A stretch of 64,000 nt of DNA from Amoebidium appalachense (lineage: Eukaryota; Protista; Ichthyosporea), in NCBI GenBank assembly GCA_963693365.1, contig CAVNZM010000004.1:6326564-6390563 (forward strand), in the 5' to 3' direction. The position numbers were made by a program, and so were the translations under genes. The notes beneath the pieces were generated by a model. It was given only the letters and a program-made list of their open reading frames with translations, was not told the DNA's origin and ran no database searches. Below are positions 1 through 28,831 of the stretch, one piece after another. Position 1 is the stretch's first letter; every line of letters begins with the position of its first letter.

Positions 1-66
1 GGAGGAGAAATGGGAGGCGGGGAGGGCAGGGGGGGGGGGGGGGGGGGGGGAGGGCGGGACACCCAC

Positions 67-14812
<14,746 letters not shown>

Positions 14813-16210
14813 GATGCTCACTGGGCTTAGTAGCTCAGGAACCTGACGAACGGTGTGTCACGTCCGGCAAAGAAGTCTGGGCTACGCGGTGTAGTAATAA
14901 CCGCTACGCTAGAGTCACAGAGATCGCGGACATTGATTGGGCTACAATCGATATCTGAAATAGTTAGTGTGTAGCCCCCCCCCCATATCTGAAGTGTCGA
15001 TTGTACCCTCTGACCTTTTTATATTCTTCCCAGAAGTTGCACGTGTAAGCAGGTGGCCAATCGGGAAACAGCTTAAGCGCCATAGTACGGTGGCAGGGCT
15101 GAGACCACCGCCGCGATAACCAATCTTCCCACGGGGTGTTTCACTAATCACGAACAATAATAAAACACTCATGATATAGTGGCTGGCGTAGTCTTGGTTG
15201 TGTATTGAATCACGATGGGATACGCAGACATGCAGGGCGTTGCAGGCTGTCTCGCCCGTGCAAGGCCCCCTCGTGCCTAAATATCACATTATATCCCATT
15301 GCGCACCAGCTGTTCACGTGCGCACCTGTGTTGCGATGCGCTTAAAAAAACCTTAGATCTAGCCAAAAAAAATTTTTAGATCGAGAGCTCCTGCTATGTC
15401 GCTGTAAGCATAGTAGGTAGACATCGTGAGCTGGAAATAAGCCTGAGGCTGGAAGTCGCTGCAAACGTTTGAAAGGGCTTAGATGATGGCTAAGATGCTA
15501 CTTTTTTTTTTTGTTTGTTTGAATAAAGGCATTGCTACACACCCAAGTTCGCGTCGCATTTCTCGATCAACCAGAAGTCCAAACGTTTGGCAAAAAACAT
15601 TGATTGGTCGAAAGAATTTTCGCCAACCAAAGTAAAGAAAGGTTTACCAAATAGGGGTTTAAGATATTTTTAAGTGTCCAATCAGGTGCATCGACTCTAT
15701 GCCAATCTTGCAGATGCTAATGGTGTCAGAACAGTGAGATAACTTGATGCCACCACCCACGATCCTCCCAGTCACAAAATTGATCTGATTTCAAAGTCAC
15801 GGAAGGGCGACTTGCCTCCGGTTTTATCCAAGCCATGAGCTCCGCCCACTTTGAAAGGCTTGGGTACCCCCCTGCTCCTTCCTTCCCAAGGCTTCCAGAG
15901 TAGACTCGCGATCGCATTCCCTAGCTCCCACCTCTCGAGTCTTGACCAGCGTATATATATACATGTACAGCCAAGCTCTCCTTTGAAATAATTATCAGGG
16001 CCGGAGTCGATGTAATAAAAGAGTAATTAACAGGTAGAGATTCTTTTTGACAGCATAATGCACATTAATGAATGCTCAGACCTACTCACGGACCGGTGCA
16101 CTGCAAGCTTCTCATGAGCATGCCGATGGTCAATCTGATCTAGGCTATTTAGATAAGTTGCATAAATCAATAAGTTGCATATTTTTCAGTCATTATAAAA
16201 AAATATTTTT

Positions 16211-16292
16211 CAATAAGTGCATATCTATCAATCAGTTGCATATATATCGATAAATGCATATCTATCAATAAGTACATATCTATCAATAAGTG
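16211..16292. repeat. ~18-bp degenerate minisatellite (caataagtgcatatctat), ~4.5 copies
   Basis: Units read directly from the sequence. Confidence 0.75.
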
Positions 16293-16816
16293 TGACCTGT
16301 TAGCTAACGTAACAGAACCGGAGGTTAGGGGCGGTTTTATTCTTTTTTTCTGCCTCTCTATGCTGCACAGTATGATATTGTGATCATTGAAATTGATTGG
16401 CTGTGCTGGAAAACGCAGTCGCCGTCGACGAACTAAAATATGCAGAGTCCGTCGATGACTGGATACTGGAATTTTGACAGGAACGCAGTGACATGAAGAG
16501 CCTCGCGAGGGAACCAAGAACCACCAAAGTCCATACACCGCAAGTCCCCGCGCACCTGATTGGACAAAACACGATCCGATGACGTAATATCAGGGGAGAA
16601 CGATTCGATCCCCAAGCGACATAAAGGGGCCGTCAGGCCCCTCTAGCGGGGGTTGGGGGGCGGCAGCCCCCCCATTTAGGGCCCAGACACACATAGGGTT
16701 ATGGTTATTGGGTTTATGTTTTTTATTTTTATAAATTATTATCAATTATTGTATTTTTTTAGCCAGGTATCATCCGATCTCCCTATACCTAGGGCTTCCT
16801 TCGTATAGACCTACCT

Positions 16817-16985
16817 CACCAAGAAGCTTAATAGGCTGCCAGGGGCGGAGCTCGAGCGTGAGAAAGGGAAGAAGAGCAAAGGTAACCTACAACAAAAGGA
16901 GGCAGCCGCCAAGTACAAACAAAAGGAGGCAGCCGCCAAGTACACTTGAAGTAGGAGGTATGTATGATCCAAAACGACTCGGACG
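16817..16985 (+). pseudogene. Possible decayed ZNF706/4F5-like small zinc-finger pseudogene containing a 27-bp tandem duplication (16891-16944)
   Basis: Pieced translation HQEA**AAR/AELEREKGKKSKGNLQQKEAAAKY(KQKEAAAKY)T*..EVCMIQ recalls the basic N-terminus and YTCxVCxxQ of ZNF706-type proteins. Stops and frameshifts are present. Confidence 0.3.
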
Positions 16986-17154
16986 CAGGGCATAGATCGA
17001 GATATGATGCGGATCCCTCTTTGGAGCCAAGACCGATTCTCCTCCTCCCACGCGTGGCACATCTTGTACGTGTGTGACTGTGTGCTATGGACGTGCGTCT
17101 CTCTCTCGCTCCCCTAGCTCCTCCCCGGCCCCTCCAGAGTCGAGATGAAAGCAA

Positions 17155-17185
<31 letters not shown>

Positions 17186-17627
17186 TTTCTGTCCCTTCCG
17201 GCTCACACACACGTACATTCAGACCACAATGCCATGTGGATCATGGCATGCGCGCACACATCACACATACACACGTGGCCGTGGCACAGACACATGCTGC
17301 CACTGTGTCACACACCGGCTACCCCTGTACTACTACCTAAAATAAAGCTCCGCCCCTCCTCCCCCCTCCCCCCCTAATATTTACCCCCCCCCCCCCCCCC
17401 CCCCCTCTTCCTTCCGCACATTAGTAAACACATATACTCATTGATTGACAATCACTTGGTATGACGTCCACACGTCCACACAGCACCCCGGAGTTTTCTT
17501 GCGAAAAACCTGTCTTTCGGTTCCCTTCCCCTTGTCCACTGGCAGCACACTCACTCAGTCGTTCCCTCCATCTTCGAGTTCTTTCCCTTCTTTGACCTGG
17601 CCCCATACATGAATTCCTTCCAGTCTA

Positions 17628-17673
<46 letters not shown>

Positions 17674-17751
17674 AAAAAAAAAAAAAAACTTTCTCCAGAC
17701 CGTTTACACCAACGACAACTGTGGTGAAGCCCGGTCCGTCTACCGGATTGG

Positions 17752-17785
<34 letters not shown>

Positions 17786-18042
17786 GGCGCCCAGGTGCAA
17801 GACTCGGCCTCGCGCATGATTTGCTGAATATTAATTGCACAATGTCATGGCATTTTTGGTTCCTTGCCACCAAAATTTTTCGTCCGAAGTCAGAGCCTCA
17901 GAGCACTGCAGCTCACATATTTGCCTAATTTGACAACCAACAGGCATGTGGTGCGTGCGCGTGTTTGCTCACACACACACACACGCACGCACGCGCGTGC
18001 ACGTGCACTGCCACACACACACACGTGTACACACACACTGTA

Positions 18043-18114
<72 letters not shown>

Positions 18115-19011
18115 CACGCACACGCACACGCACACGCACACGCACACGCACACGCACACACACACACACAGTCACACCCCATGACTCAGAGTACTAAAGA
18201 CTGCAACAGAAAGGCCTTAACAGAATCTGTATGTCCATCATACGAGGGTTTGAATCACCTAGACAGCAAACACAAACAATAATAGTCGTAGATATAGAAC
18301 ATTCACTCTGCCAATCCATATGTATACATCGACTAGAATCTGACTTGCGCCGTTGGCCATAGTAAAAGGGGGGGTGAAAGTTTGGCCACACACTATGTGC
18401 CGTGCAAACCTTTCCCGGTGTGACGACTCCCAAGGAGCTGAAGTTGAATGTACTGAGGCCATCGATCGAGTACGTGGCTCACGGCCGGCCGACTCAATGA
18501 CATGCCGTAGAATTGAGCCCACCGATTGGTTAAACTTTTTACCATATGCCCATTTCTTGGTGGTCGACCGTACACTTGCAGGGTTTTTCCGAACTTGCCA
18601 TTGAAAAATGCCGACATAGTCCTGAAGTTTCCTTTTATTACTAACCAAGAGTTCACATCATTTGCATCCCTTAGAACCTCCCATTCAGAAGCACACCTAG
18701 CCACTGGAACCAAAACTTGACTATACTAAGGGTCCCTTAAGCGATTCGTATAATTTGCCGGTAACACCATTGGTTGCTGCTCTTAACACTCCATTCCAGC
18801 CCCTGCCGTTTTGAGACAAAATCCCGTCTAGACTTAGTTGCTTGCTAGAGAGATTCATACCACGCGCAGTGTGTGTCTTTGGGCCCCAGATAATAGTCGA
18901 TTTCACCCGTTGTACTGCCAGTGAATATACGATCCTCTGGTAGAAAGTCCATTTTCCGATATGGAAATCCCCGGCAGTGTGGTGTAAATTGAGCGCTATA
19001 TGACCCACCGT

Positions 19012-19203
19012 TTACATTTTCGGCTCTGGTGTTGCCTGGCCCACCACTGGTGTAAGTGTGTCGATGTCCACCTGCAGTTGCCGTACCTTTTCTTGCAGCC
19101 TTGCCACCTCCAAATCCCACACATCAAGATTAAAAATCTAACAAACAGCCTCCCCCCCCCCCCCCTCCCCCTGCTGCGCTGACACACAGACACACACACA
19201 CAC

Positions 19204-19258
<55 letters not shown>

Positions 19259-19550
19259 CGCCTCCCCTCCTCCCTCCCAAAAGTAAAAACACGACATCCA
19301 CGCGCGCATACGCACACACACACACACAAACACACAAACAGCTTGAACACACCCACGCTCACACCCACCTACCCCTCACACACACACTGTATACACACGC
19401 CCCCTACTGACTCCCCCACGTCCTTGCCCGTGTCTCCTTTACCCTCAACCACCACAACATCAGCCGCTCACATACGACAAACACTTGCAACCACTTGCAA
19501 TCCCCTCTTTCCCCACCCTCAACACCCTCCCCACCCCTCCCCAGAACACG

Positions 19551-19607
<57 letters not shown>

Positions 19608-20407
19608 GCGCGCGCGCGTGTTTACACGCTTCTGTGTTGCATACACCAGGGCCAAAGGCGAACCTATCATTGCTATCCCCAACCAGAGCAATTGGTCTAA
19701 GCACACTAGAGACTCACCTCTGTGGAGTCTTTGGCATGGCCAATCCGCCGGTATGCGTCTGTATGACCCAGTGGGCCAGAAGCCATAGATATCAGAAAAT
19801 CACTCCTGTCACTCCCTTTTACTCCCCCCCCCCCCCCCCCCCCCCCTCCCCCCCCTCCCCCCCCCCCCCCCTCCTTTCCTCCTCCCACCCCCTTTTCCAC
19901 CCAAAAAATACCCCACTAACCCACCAAAACCACAACAACTTGCTTGAGTAATTAGAAAACAGTTCCTCTGCATTCCTTTACACACCCGCACCCCACACCC
20001 ATTTAAGTCGTTCCTCTGCAGTCCTTTCCCCCAACCCCCTTGCCCCCTTTTACACCACAACCACTCACACAACTGCCCCTCTGCCCACCACCACCACCAA
20101 CACATTAGAGTTACCCACCTATCCGGGCCTCACTCTCCCGCCTAAGCTTCTCCAGCCCTCCGATCAAATCGCCTCTCTCGTCTTCATCCTCTGTGAGCCC
20201 AGACCCTATGTCAGACGATGGGTAGATCCAAAAACAGAGACAACATCGTGTTTACTCATCTCCCCCTCCCCCTGCACCCCCCATCCCTTAACGCACACAC
20301 ACACACACACACGCACACACCAAAAAAAAAAAAAAAAAAAAAGGAAAACACCTCCAATGAACAGACTTTCTCTTCTTTTTCTTCTTCCTTTCTTTTTTTT
20401 TTTTTTT

Positions 20408-20457
<50 letters not shown>

Positions 20458-20552
20458 GATGAAGGGGTTACTCCTGTTCAGCATGTACGTAACTGGCCGA
20501 CAGGCTTACATTTACCCCCCCCTCCCCCCCCCCCCCCCCTCTCTCTCTCCCT

Positions 20553-20585
<33 letters not shown>

Positions 20586-21075
20586 CTGTCCCCAACCCCT
20601 CTCTCGTCCCTAGTAAAGACCAGAAACCTCCCCACAGCAAAACGGGGGGGGGGGGGGGGGGGGGGATAACCTGATGTGCCGCTTTCCTCCGATCCATTGC
20701 TCCACAAACTAACGGGTTTTGGAGGCTTGACCCCCCTCCCTACCGAAATTTCATAGCCACCTGCATGTATAAACCACCTGTCAGTGTTGTGTGTGTGTGG
20801 CGCCGGGGGGGGGGGGGGGGGGGGGGAGGGGGTTAAGAGATAACAACTGATTTAAGGTTTGGATCGATTGGTTGGTGTCTGCTTTCATGTTTTTGTGTGA
20901 TTTGCTATGCCAAAACAACAAAAGGTTCAGACCAAGGCATTATCACATTCCTTATTGTTCACAATGTGATACATGGGAGTATATGTCGTATCATCGGCTC
21001 CATTCTTGCGACTATCTGGCAAAAAAAACGAAATGGATTGAAATGAAATGCATATGACCCAAGCACACCCGTATG

Positions 21076-21114
<39 letters not shown>

Positions 21115-21358
21115 CAACATATCACCTTTCCTTCAGTTCAAGGCTATGGAACAGGTGATGATGGTGGGTGAAGGGAAGAAAACAATAGGTGGGTGGGTTG
21201 GGGGGAAGGGGGGAAGCTGGGGAGAGGGGAAGGCAAACCAGCAACAGGTGGAGGTGGTGGTGTCAGGGGAGGCTGTGGTGTTGGTCCCTGTGGGGTTAGG
21301 TGTTAGTGACTTGAGAAGGGGAAGGGGGGGAAGGGCGGAAACGGGTGAGGGGTGGGAT

Positions 21359-21392
<34 letters not shown>

Positions 21393-21573
21393 GGGGGAGG
21401 GGGATGGGATGTGGTGCATATGGATGGACCTGAGACTCGTTGACTGGAGAGGTGGGTGCCAGGGTGGGTGCCGGCATGACGTCAGCAAGGTCGGGCTGGT
21501 GCTCGTCCAAAAGTGAGAGGGCAGTGTCACTGAGTTCACAGAGGTTGCTGAGCTGCATGCGCCGTAGAACCCT

Positions 21574-21623
<50 letters not shown>

Positions 21624-22274
21624 CGCGCGTGTGTGTGTGTGCATGTGTGTGTACGTGTGTGCATGAGAAGGTGAGAGAGAGATAGGGGAGGCACAGAGAG
21701 AGAGTGAGAGATAGTGTGTGTGTGTATGTGTGTGTGTGTGTGTGTGTGATTGCGCCTTGGTGTTGGTGTGTGTTAGTGTGTGTGTGGGGTGTGTGTGCGT
21801 GTGTGTGTGCGTGTGTGTGTGCGTGTGTGTGTGCGTGTGTTTGTGTGGGGGGTTGTTGGTGATCGTACGTGTGCCTGCTTGTATTTGTCTTTGTGGATGC
21901 TCGCGTGTGCTCGTGTGCTTGTGTGTGTAAGTGTGCATGTATCTGGCGTGTGTGTAGCATTCAATCTTGTACTTGGTAATATGCTGCTTCTCTTCCCTTT
22001 CAGAGGTTGGAACAGAAACGCGAATATTGAAATGACACAACGTGAACCCCCCAACTTTACACAAGACATTCAAACTATGTGTTCACTATCACCTTGTAAT
22101 ATAATTCAATGCCCCGTAAAATATAACTCTAACCCCGGCATAACTGTACGTGACCTTACCGTAATGCAGGCAGCTGGGTGGGACTTGGGTGACGAGCAGC
22201 CGCCTCAGCTTGGCTCAAAATACCACTGGATGTTATCTGAGCCGCAAGCACGGGTGTAGCTGCGTGTGGTATGT

Positions 22275-22321
<47 letters not shown>

Positions 22322-22379
22322 TGTGTCAGTGTGCTTTTGCTGGGGAAAACAGATTTTATTTGCCTAGATAAGTGCGTCT

Positions 22380-22419
<40 letters not shown>

Positions 22420-22880
22420 ACGGGAAAGAGAAAAAGGGGAACGGATAAAAGGAGAAAAACAAACGTTAACATCGGGAAAGGGTGACATACTAGAGTGCTC
22501 GTGTGTATCACGTCTACAGAAAGACACCTTGCTTAATATCTTGCATTTACATTTGATCATATAGCAAGAAATTGTGGCCTCTTTTTCTGTGGTCTGTACC
22601 CGCTACAACACAAATTGGGCTCTCTAACGTGCTCTATTTGCCTAACTGCTCAGTCCAAACGATGTCATGGAAATTTGGAAATGAAACAAAACCGAGTCCC
22701 AGAATCCTTTGATTTCGATGGCATCACAAGCACAATGAAGGGATGCACCCATGCATTTACATATCCTATTACGTCAGCATGCCCTTTTGCCGCATGTGTG
22801 TATCGTACATGCATGCACATACGTGCGTCTGTCTGCAAGCTGCATAGTGACGTGTTTCTCCTCATGCCTTGAGTGCACCT

Positions 22881-22946
<66 letters not shown>

Positions 22947-23090
22947 TACCATTGAAGGAGACAAGGTTTTCTACTGCCCACATGGCGTGGACCCTCACGT
23001 CCTCCACAGGTGATTCTAGAAGGCGGGGTAGGGTGTTGGGTAGGGCGGTCTCGGCTACACGGCCACGATTGTACTCTGAGTTGAAAAAAG

Positions 23091-23176
<86 letters not shown>

Positions 23177-23178
23177 CA

Positions 23179-23209
<31 letters not shown>

Positions 23210-24755
23210 CATGCGTTTCCCCTCCATGCACGTGCGCACGTGTGTGTGTGTGTGTGACTGTGCGCACACACGTGTGTGGGTGATGTGTGCCATAGGGGAG
23301 GAAAGCGTGAGGCGAAGAAATTAGTGGAGTGATGGGCAGGAGTCGTGGGATGGAAAGGACATGGGGAGTGGTGGTGGCAGTGTGAAGGAAAGGGGCCGAA
23401 TCGGGGTGAATCTGCGAGGGGGAGATGCCGGGGTGTCGCTGAGGGGAGGGGGGGGGGGGGGGGGAGGGGGGGGGGGGGGATGAGGAGAGATTGGGAAGAA
23501 AGATAAGGGGGAAAGCCCTGGTAGTAGGGGAGGTGCAGGGTGGGGGAGGGGATCGAAGACAAATGAAGGCAAGTGCCCATATTAAAATATGCTTTAAGAC
23601 CCTGTTCAGTACTTACTAAGAAGATAAATGGAAGCAGCGTCAGGTGTCTGGCATGTGTCGGTACATAAATCTTAGCCCTGTGAAAGAGAAATATGGGGGG
23701 AAATAAATGTGCAGCAAGGGGAAAGGGGGGGGGGGGGGGGGGTTTGAATGCGGAACACAGTACGAAGTACGCATACACGATGAGAAGCATGGTGCAGGAT
23801 ACATGCAAAGACAAACATTCAAATATGCAACATCAGCAATGCGCACAGTATGCGTCATAAGCAGAGCCAATCCTTAGGGAGGGCCCAAGTCATGGGGGGG
23901 GGGATTACTGTGAAGGGCGAAATTTGCAAGGCCACGGGCCACGTGTCTGAGGAGGTCGTTTGTGTGCGGTCCCGTGGGGGGGTCCAATGCCGTGCACAGG
24001 GCCGAGATGCTGTCGGGGTGGATCAGCGTCTGGCTAACACTATCCTCTGGATATTGAAATGAAAAAGTCAGTCGGAATCCCCCCTCTCTTCCCTCCCCCC
24101 CCCTCCCCCCATCCCTCCCAAAAAAAGAAAGGAATTTTTTTTTTTTTATTGCCCTACGTCTCCGTGTCCCCCCTTTTATCTCAACATCTAACAAGTTGCA
24201 TGTTTTTCAAGATTTTAATGCACTGCCCTTTTTCAGTGTCTACTTGGTATTTCAGACTCCTCGTTTCCTGCCCCTTTTACATATACGAAATGAATATATT
24301 AACAAGCCTAGTACACAACCAGCATGTGTCACCCACGGCCATCCTCACCACGTTAAAGCACGCACGTATATGCACGAGGGGGAGGGGGGAGGGGGGGGGG
24401 GGGGGGGAGGGGGAGGGGAGACGGAGATACAGCTTGAAGCAAAGGGGGAAGGGGGGGGGGGGGGGGGGGGGGGGATGAAAAGCAGTAAACAAAATATAGT
24501 GGGGTTTTTTAACACAAATTACGCACCTACAGCAGCAAGATTGGCCACGGCACATGCGGCATGTGCCAGGGCAGGGGGGTCTTTTGTTGTTTTCATCATG
24601 GTTGCTAGGGCCCCATTCTGCATGGTGTCTGCCTGGATCACACGACCCTTGCAACTGTCTGTGCATCCCAATGTCAGAAGTTAAAAGGAGGGAGGAAAGA
24701 GGCACGGGGAGAGGTAAGGTATGTATGTATATCAAGAGAGATAGAGAGAATATAT

Positions 24756-24789
<34 letters not shown>

Positions 24790-26053
24790 AAACAATATTC
24801 ACAACGGATAACATAACATAACACGTCCATGCAAAGCCATGTGGTGTGGGGTGTTCCATACCGTTTGCTAGGGATAGATACGCCATGGCTTTTGCAGCAC
24901 TCCGTCTTACGTCCTGTGAGTCGGCAAGCAGCAGAGTCATGAGGGACCGCAAGGCACCCAACTTGTCGTGGATGATGGATGTGTGGTTGGCAGCTGGGGG
25001 GAGGGGAGGGGGGGGGGGGGGGGGGGGGTCAATAGTCAGTGAAATTTCGCTTTGCTGAATCATGTGTCGATCCACGTGATATATGGATGGGGAGGGGTGG
25101 GGGGTGGGGGTGCGGAGGGCGGGAGGGTGTGTGTGGGGGGGAGGGGGGGGGGGGGGAGGATGAGGGTAAACACAAAGGTATATCCTGTATATCTCACCAT
25201 TTGATGCTGTTGCAGCCAGCACATGCATGATACATCTATATACGGACATAGTGCAAACAAACATGTATACACCGATAGGACGCAAACATACCTGCACATA
25301 CAGATACAGTGAAAACATACATGCACATATAGATACCATGCTAACACACACGTATATCCACGGTATATCTCACCATTTGATGCCGTTGCAGCCAGGGCCC
25401 TAGCAGCCAGCACTGCAATGCGATGGTCCTGGCTGCCTGCCAGCCGGCAGAGGGTCGCTAGGGTCCGCTCATCCCCCAGGGTGTGATTGGTGTGCTCTGT
25501 GAGCATAAAAATTTAAATTCTAAATAAATGTTTTGATTGGGGCAACGGAACAAAAATAGATTGTCACCTTTTTCATGGGAGGTGCTGGTGATGGATGGTA
25601 GGTGCGTAGGTGGATCCCTTGGAGGGTGAAGATGCGAGCGCGCGCAGTGTGTGTGCGTGTGCGCGTGTGCGCACGCGTGCGCACAGGTGCACGCACGTCC
25701 GGAGAGGGGAGGGGGGCACTTTGAGAGGAAGCTCAAGGACACATGCACTTGCACGCACGAACGCACACATGCATACATGCATGCGCCCAGCACGCACAAA
25801 CACACATGCACGTGTACACTCACACGGGCGCACACACAAACCACACCACCAGCAGAACACATTCATCTACCAAACATGAAACAGCTCACACACTCACGTG
25901 TACACATACACATACACACACCAGCACAACCCGATTACCACCCACAAGATGGGAGGGAGAAATATGGGAAAGAGGGGGTTGGGTGAATAGGTGGGTGGTG
26001 GTGGTGGTGGTGGTGGTGGTGGTGGTGGTGGTGGTGGTGGTGGTGGTGGTGGT

Positions 26054-26085
<32 letters not shown>

Positions 26086-26244
26086 GGCATACCGTTAGTT
26101 GCCAGCAGGTAGAGAGTGCTTGCTACATGCATGAGCACGGATTGCTGTGGGCAAACTCTATGTCAGACGTGGTGGTTCAGTTAAAATAACAGCAACAAAT
26201 AAAGGAAAACAGAAATATAGAGCACATGCATAAACCCTCAAATA

Positions 26245-26278
<34 letters not shown>

Positions 26279-27349
26279 CCCTCTCCCCCTCCCCCCCTCC
26301 CCCTCCCCCTGCTTCTGACTATGGCTCCTCCAACACTTTGATTGGTCGTGTAGTGTATCCCAAGTTTCTGTCCGTCGTCCCCATTCTGCCCTCCCTCCCT
26401 CCCTGTCTCTCTGTGTGCGTTCTCACCCCAACCCAATGTGCATCCCGCCCCTCCAAGACCTTCAGATCAAGCTGACAATGTTGTGTTGCTTTGTGGCTGT
26501 CAGAAACGGTCGCCCCCCTCTCCCCCCGGCTTCTTTTTCCCGTATCATCGTTGCTCTTTTTCTTTTTTTTTTTTTTAGAGGGGAAAGGGGGGAGGGGGGG
26601 GGGGGAGGGGGAGGGGAAGGGTGTCGGGGAAGAGGGGAAGGATGTGGGGAGACCGGGGGGGGGGGGGGGGGGAGGGGGGGGGGGGGGGGGGGCGGGGCTT
26701 CACCTGGACGTTCCTCTTTGCCAATCTGACCAGGGCAGGCACCACACCCTTTTCAACCAACACCTGCTGTGCCTGATCTGAGGAGATAAACCATAAATGG
26801 AAGGTGAGTTGCAGTTACAAAAACAAAACACGAAAGACTAATACAGTAATATCATAAAATAGTACTAAAATAATAATACTATCATTCTTACTTTCACAGT
26901 TACAATAATAGTACTGTTAACATAAACAATATAATAATAGAGAGAAGAAGGACTGCTTGACACCCGATTCTGGGCCATGCCACCAGTTTGATGTTTCAGT
27001 ACTTATGATGAAATAACAAGGATTTAAAATACAACATAAATAAATGCATACAGTGAAATAAAACACAAGCATAACATAGTATGACAACTTGGGATAAGGA
27101 ACAGTACATTCACACAGCATTGTTGAGTTGCATAAAGTACAGGGATGCCCTCAATAAGAAAGGAACAGGCTCCCCATGGGAAATCATCAATAGGGTATTC
27201 GACACATATTCTTTCAAACCAGCCAACCTCCTGTGATAAGCTTTTTTCACCTACCAGTGATGATATATTCGATGCACTTACTCCCCTTCCCCCCTCCCCC
27301 CCCCCCCCCCGGACCCCTCCCCCCCCGCCGTCTTCTTCTTCCCCCCCCT

Positions 27350-27386
<37 letters not shown>

Positions 27387-27728
27387 CCCGCCCTTCTACA
27401 CAAACACACGCATGCCAGCACACATCCACTTCACAGCGCTCTTTTTGTTTAGTCAAGCCCATGTAGCCCAACCAAAAACACACAACACCCCTCACATTTT
27501 TGGAACATGTGTACCACCCCTTCTTAACCAGGAAAAATATCCCCTGCCCCCACCCCCCACACCCCCCCACCATCACCCGACCCCACCATCCCCACCCCTC
27601 TCCCACCGTCCGTGCACCCCCTCCCTGCCCCCCTCCTCTCCTCCTCCTCCTCAATGCCTCCCCACTTTCCTCCGCTCTCACCACACCCCATGTTCATAGA
27701 ACAACCAACAAAACCCACTACCAAAAAT

Positions 27729-27766
<38 letters not shown>

Positions 27767-28163
27767 AGACACACACACACAAAAGACATCACACCCAAGG
27801 AATAAACATACCTCCCCTCCTAGCCAGATTATAAATAGCGCCTGATGCACAGTACTCAATCTCCTGGTGAGGGTGCTCACACAGCCACACCAACGCCTCC
27901 ACACCCCCGAATGCAAGCAGTCGTTCAAGATCCTCCCCTGGCCCATCCATGAAACCGTGTGTCATTACAGATTTAACTGTTATGTTCTTCCCCCTTTCTC
28001 CCCCCTTCTTCAAACCCCCACGCCCCCCCCCCCCCCCCCCCTCTCTCTCTCTCCCCCCCCCCCCCCCCCCCCCCCTCTCTCCCTCCCAAACTCCCACCTC
28101 CCAGTCTACCCTCCTTAACTCATTCACTTTTATAACTGCTTCCTTGTTTAGCCCCCCTCCCCC

Positions 28164-28194
<31 letters not shown>

Positions 28195-28438
28195 ACAACA
28201 CCCTCTCTACCTTGCCTCGGCCCTCCTCCTCGCCCTCCCCTTCGAGCCCTGCAGCTTCCTACTATAAAAATCCTGTGCGCCCCCTCTCATCCCAAAAAAA
28301 CAGAAATGGGAAGGGAGCCTACAGAAGGCCGACAGCACACAAGCACGGTGCAGCACATAGCTAAGCAGAAAGACACCTCAATGCCAAACACGAGAAGGAC
28401 CCAGTTTAATAAAGAGCCGACCAAGCATCAGGGGAGTC

Positions 28439-28484
<46 letters not shown>

Positions 28485-28791
28485 GATAGAAAAAGAAAAA
28501 AAGAAATAAAGAAGGGGGGAAAAAAGTGGGAAAAACAAAGAATTGTGTGAGAGCAAGGTTGTGAGGCATGTTTTGCACCTTTTGCTGTTATCTCAGCAAG
28601 GCCGCCTGCAGCATGGGCCATCATGTTATCTGTGCTGGACAACGCACAGGACACAAGATGCGCTATACGCACACACTCCTGGCACACCTACAAATTGTGA
28701 GGGTTTTTTAATTTTATTTTTATTTTATTTTTTTTGGGGAGGGGGGGGAGAGGGGAGAAGAATGGGGAGGAGGAGGAGGGGGAGGAGGGGG

Positions 28792-28831
<40 letters not shown>

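Noticed and set aside
17420-19010. High-complexity stretches with ORFs of 60-130 aa downstream of the FYVE-ARM stop
   Set aside because: No recognisable motifs or consistent splice structure; probably 3' UTR or decayed sequence.
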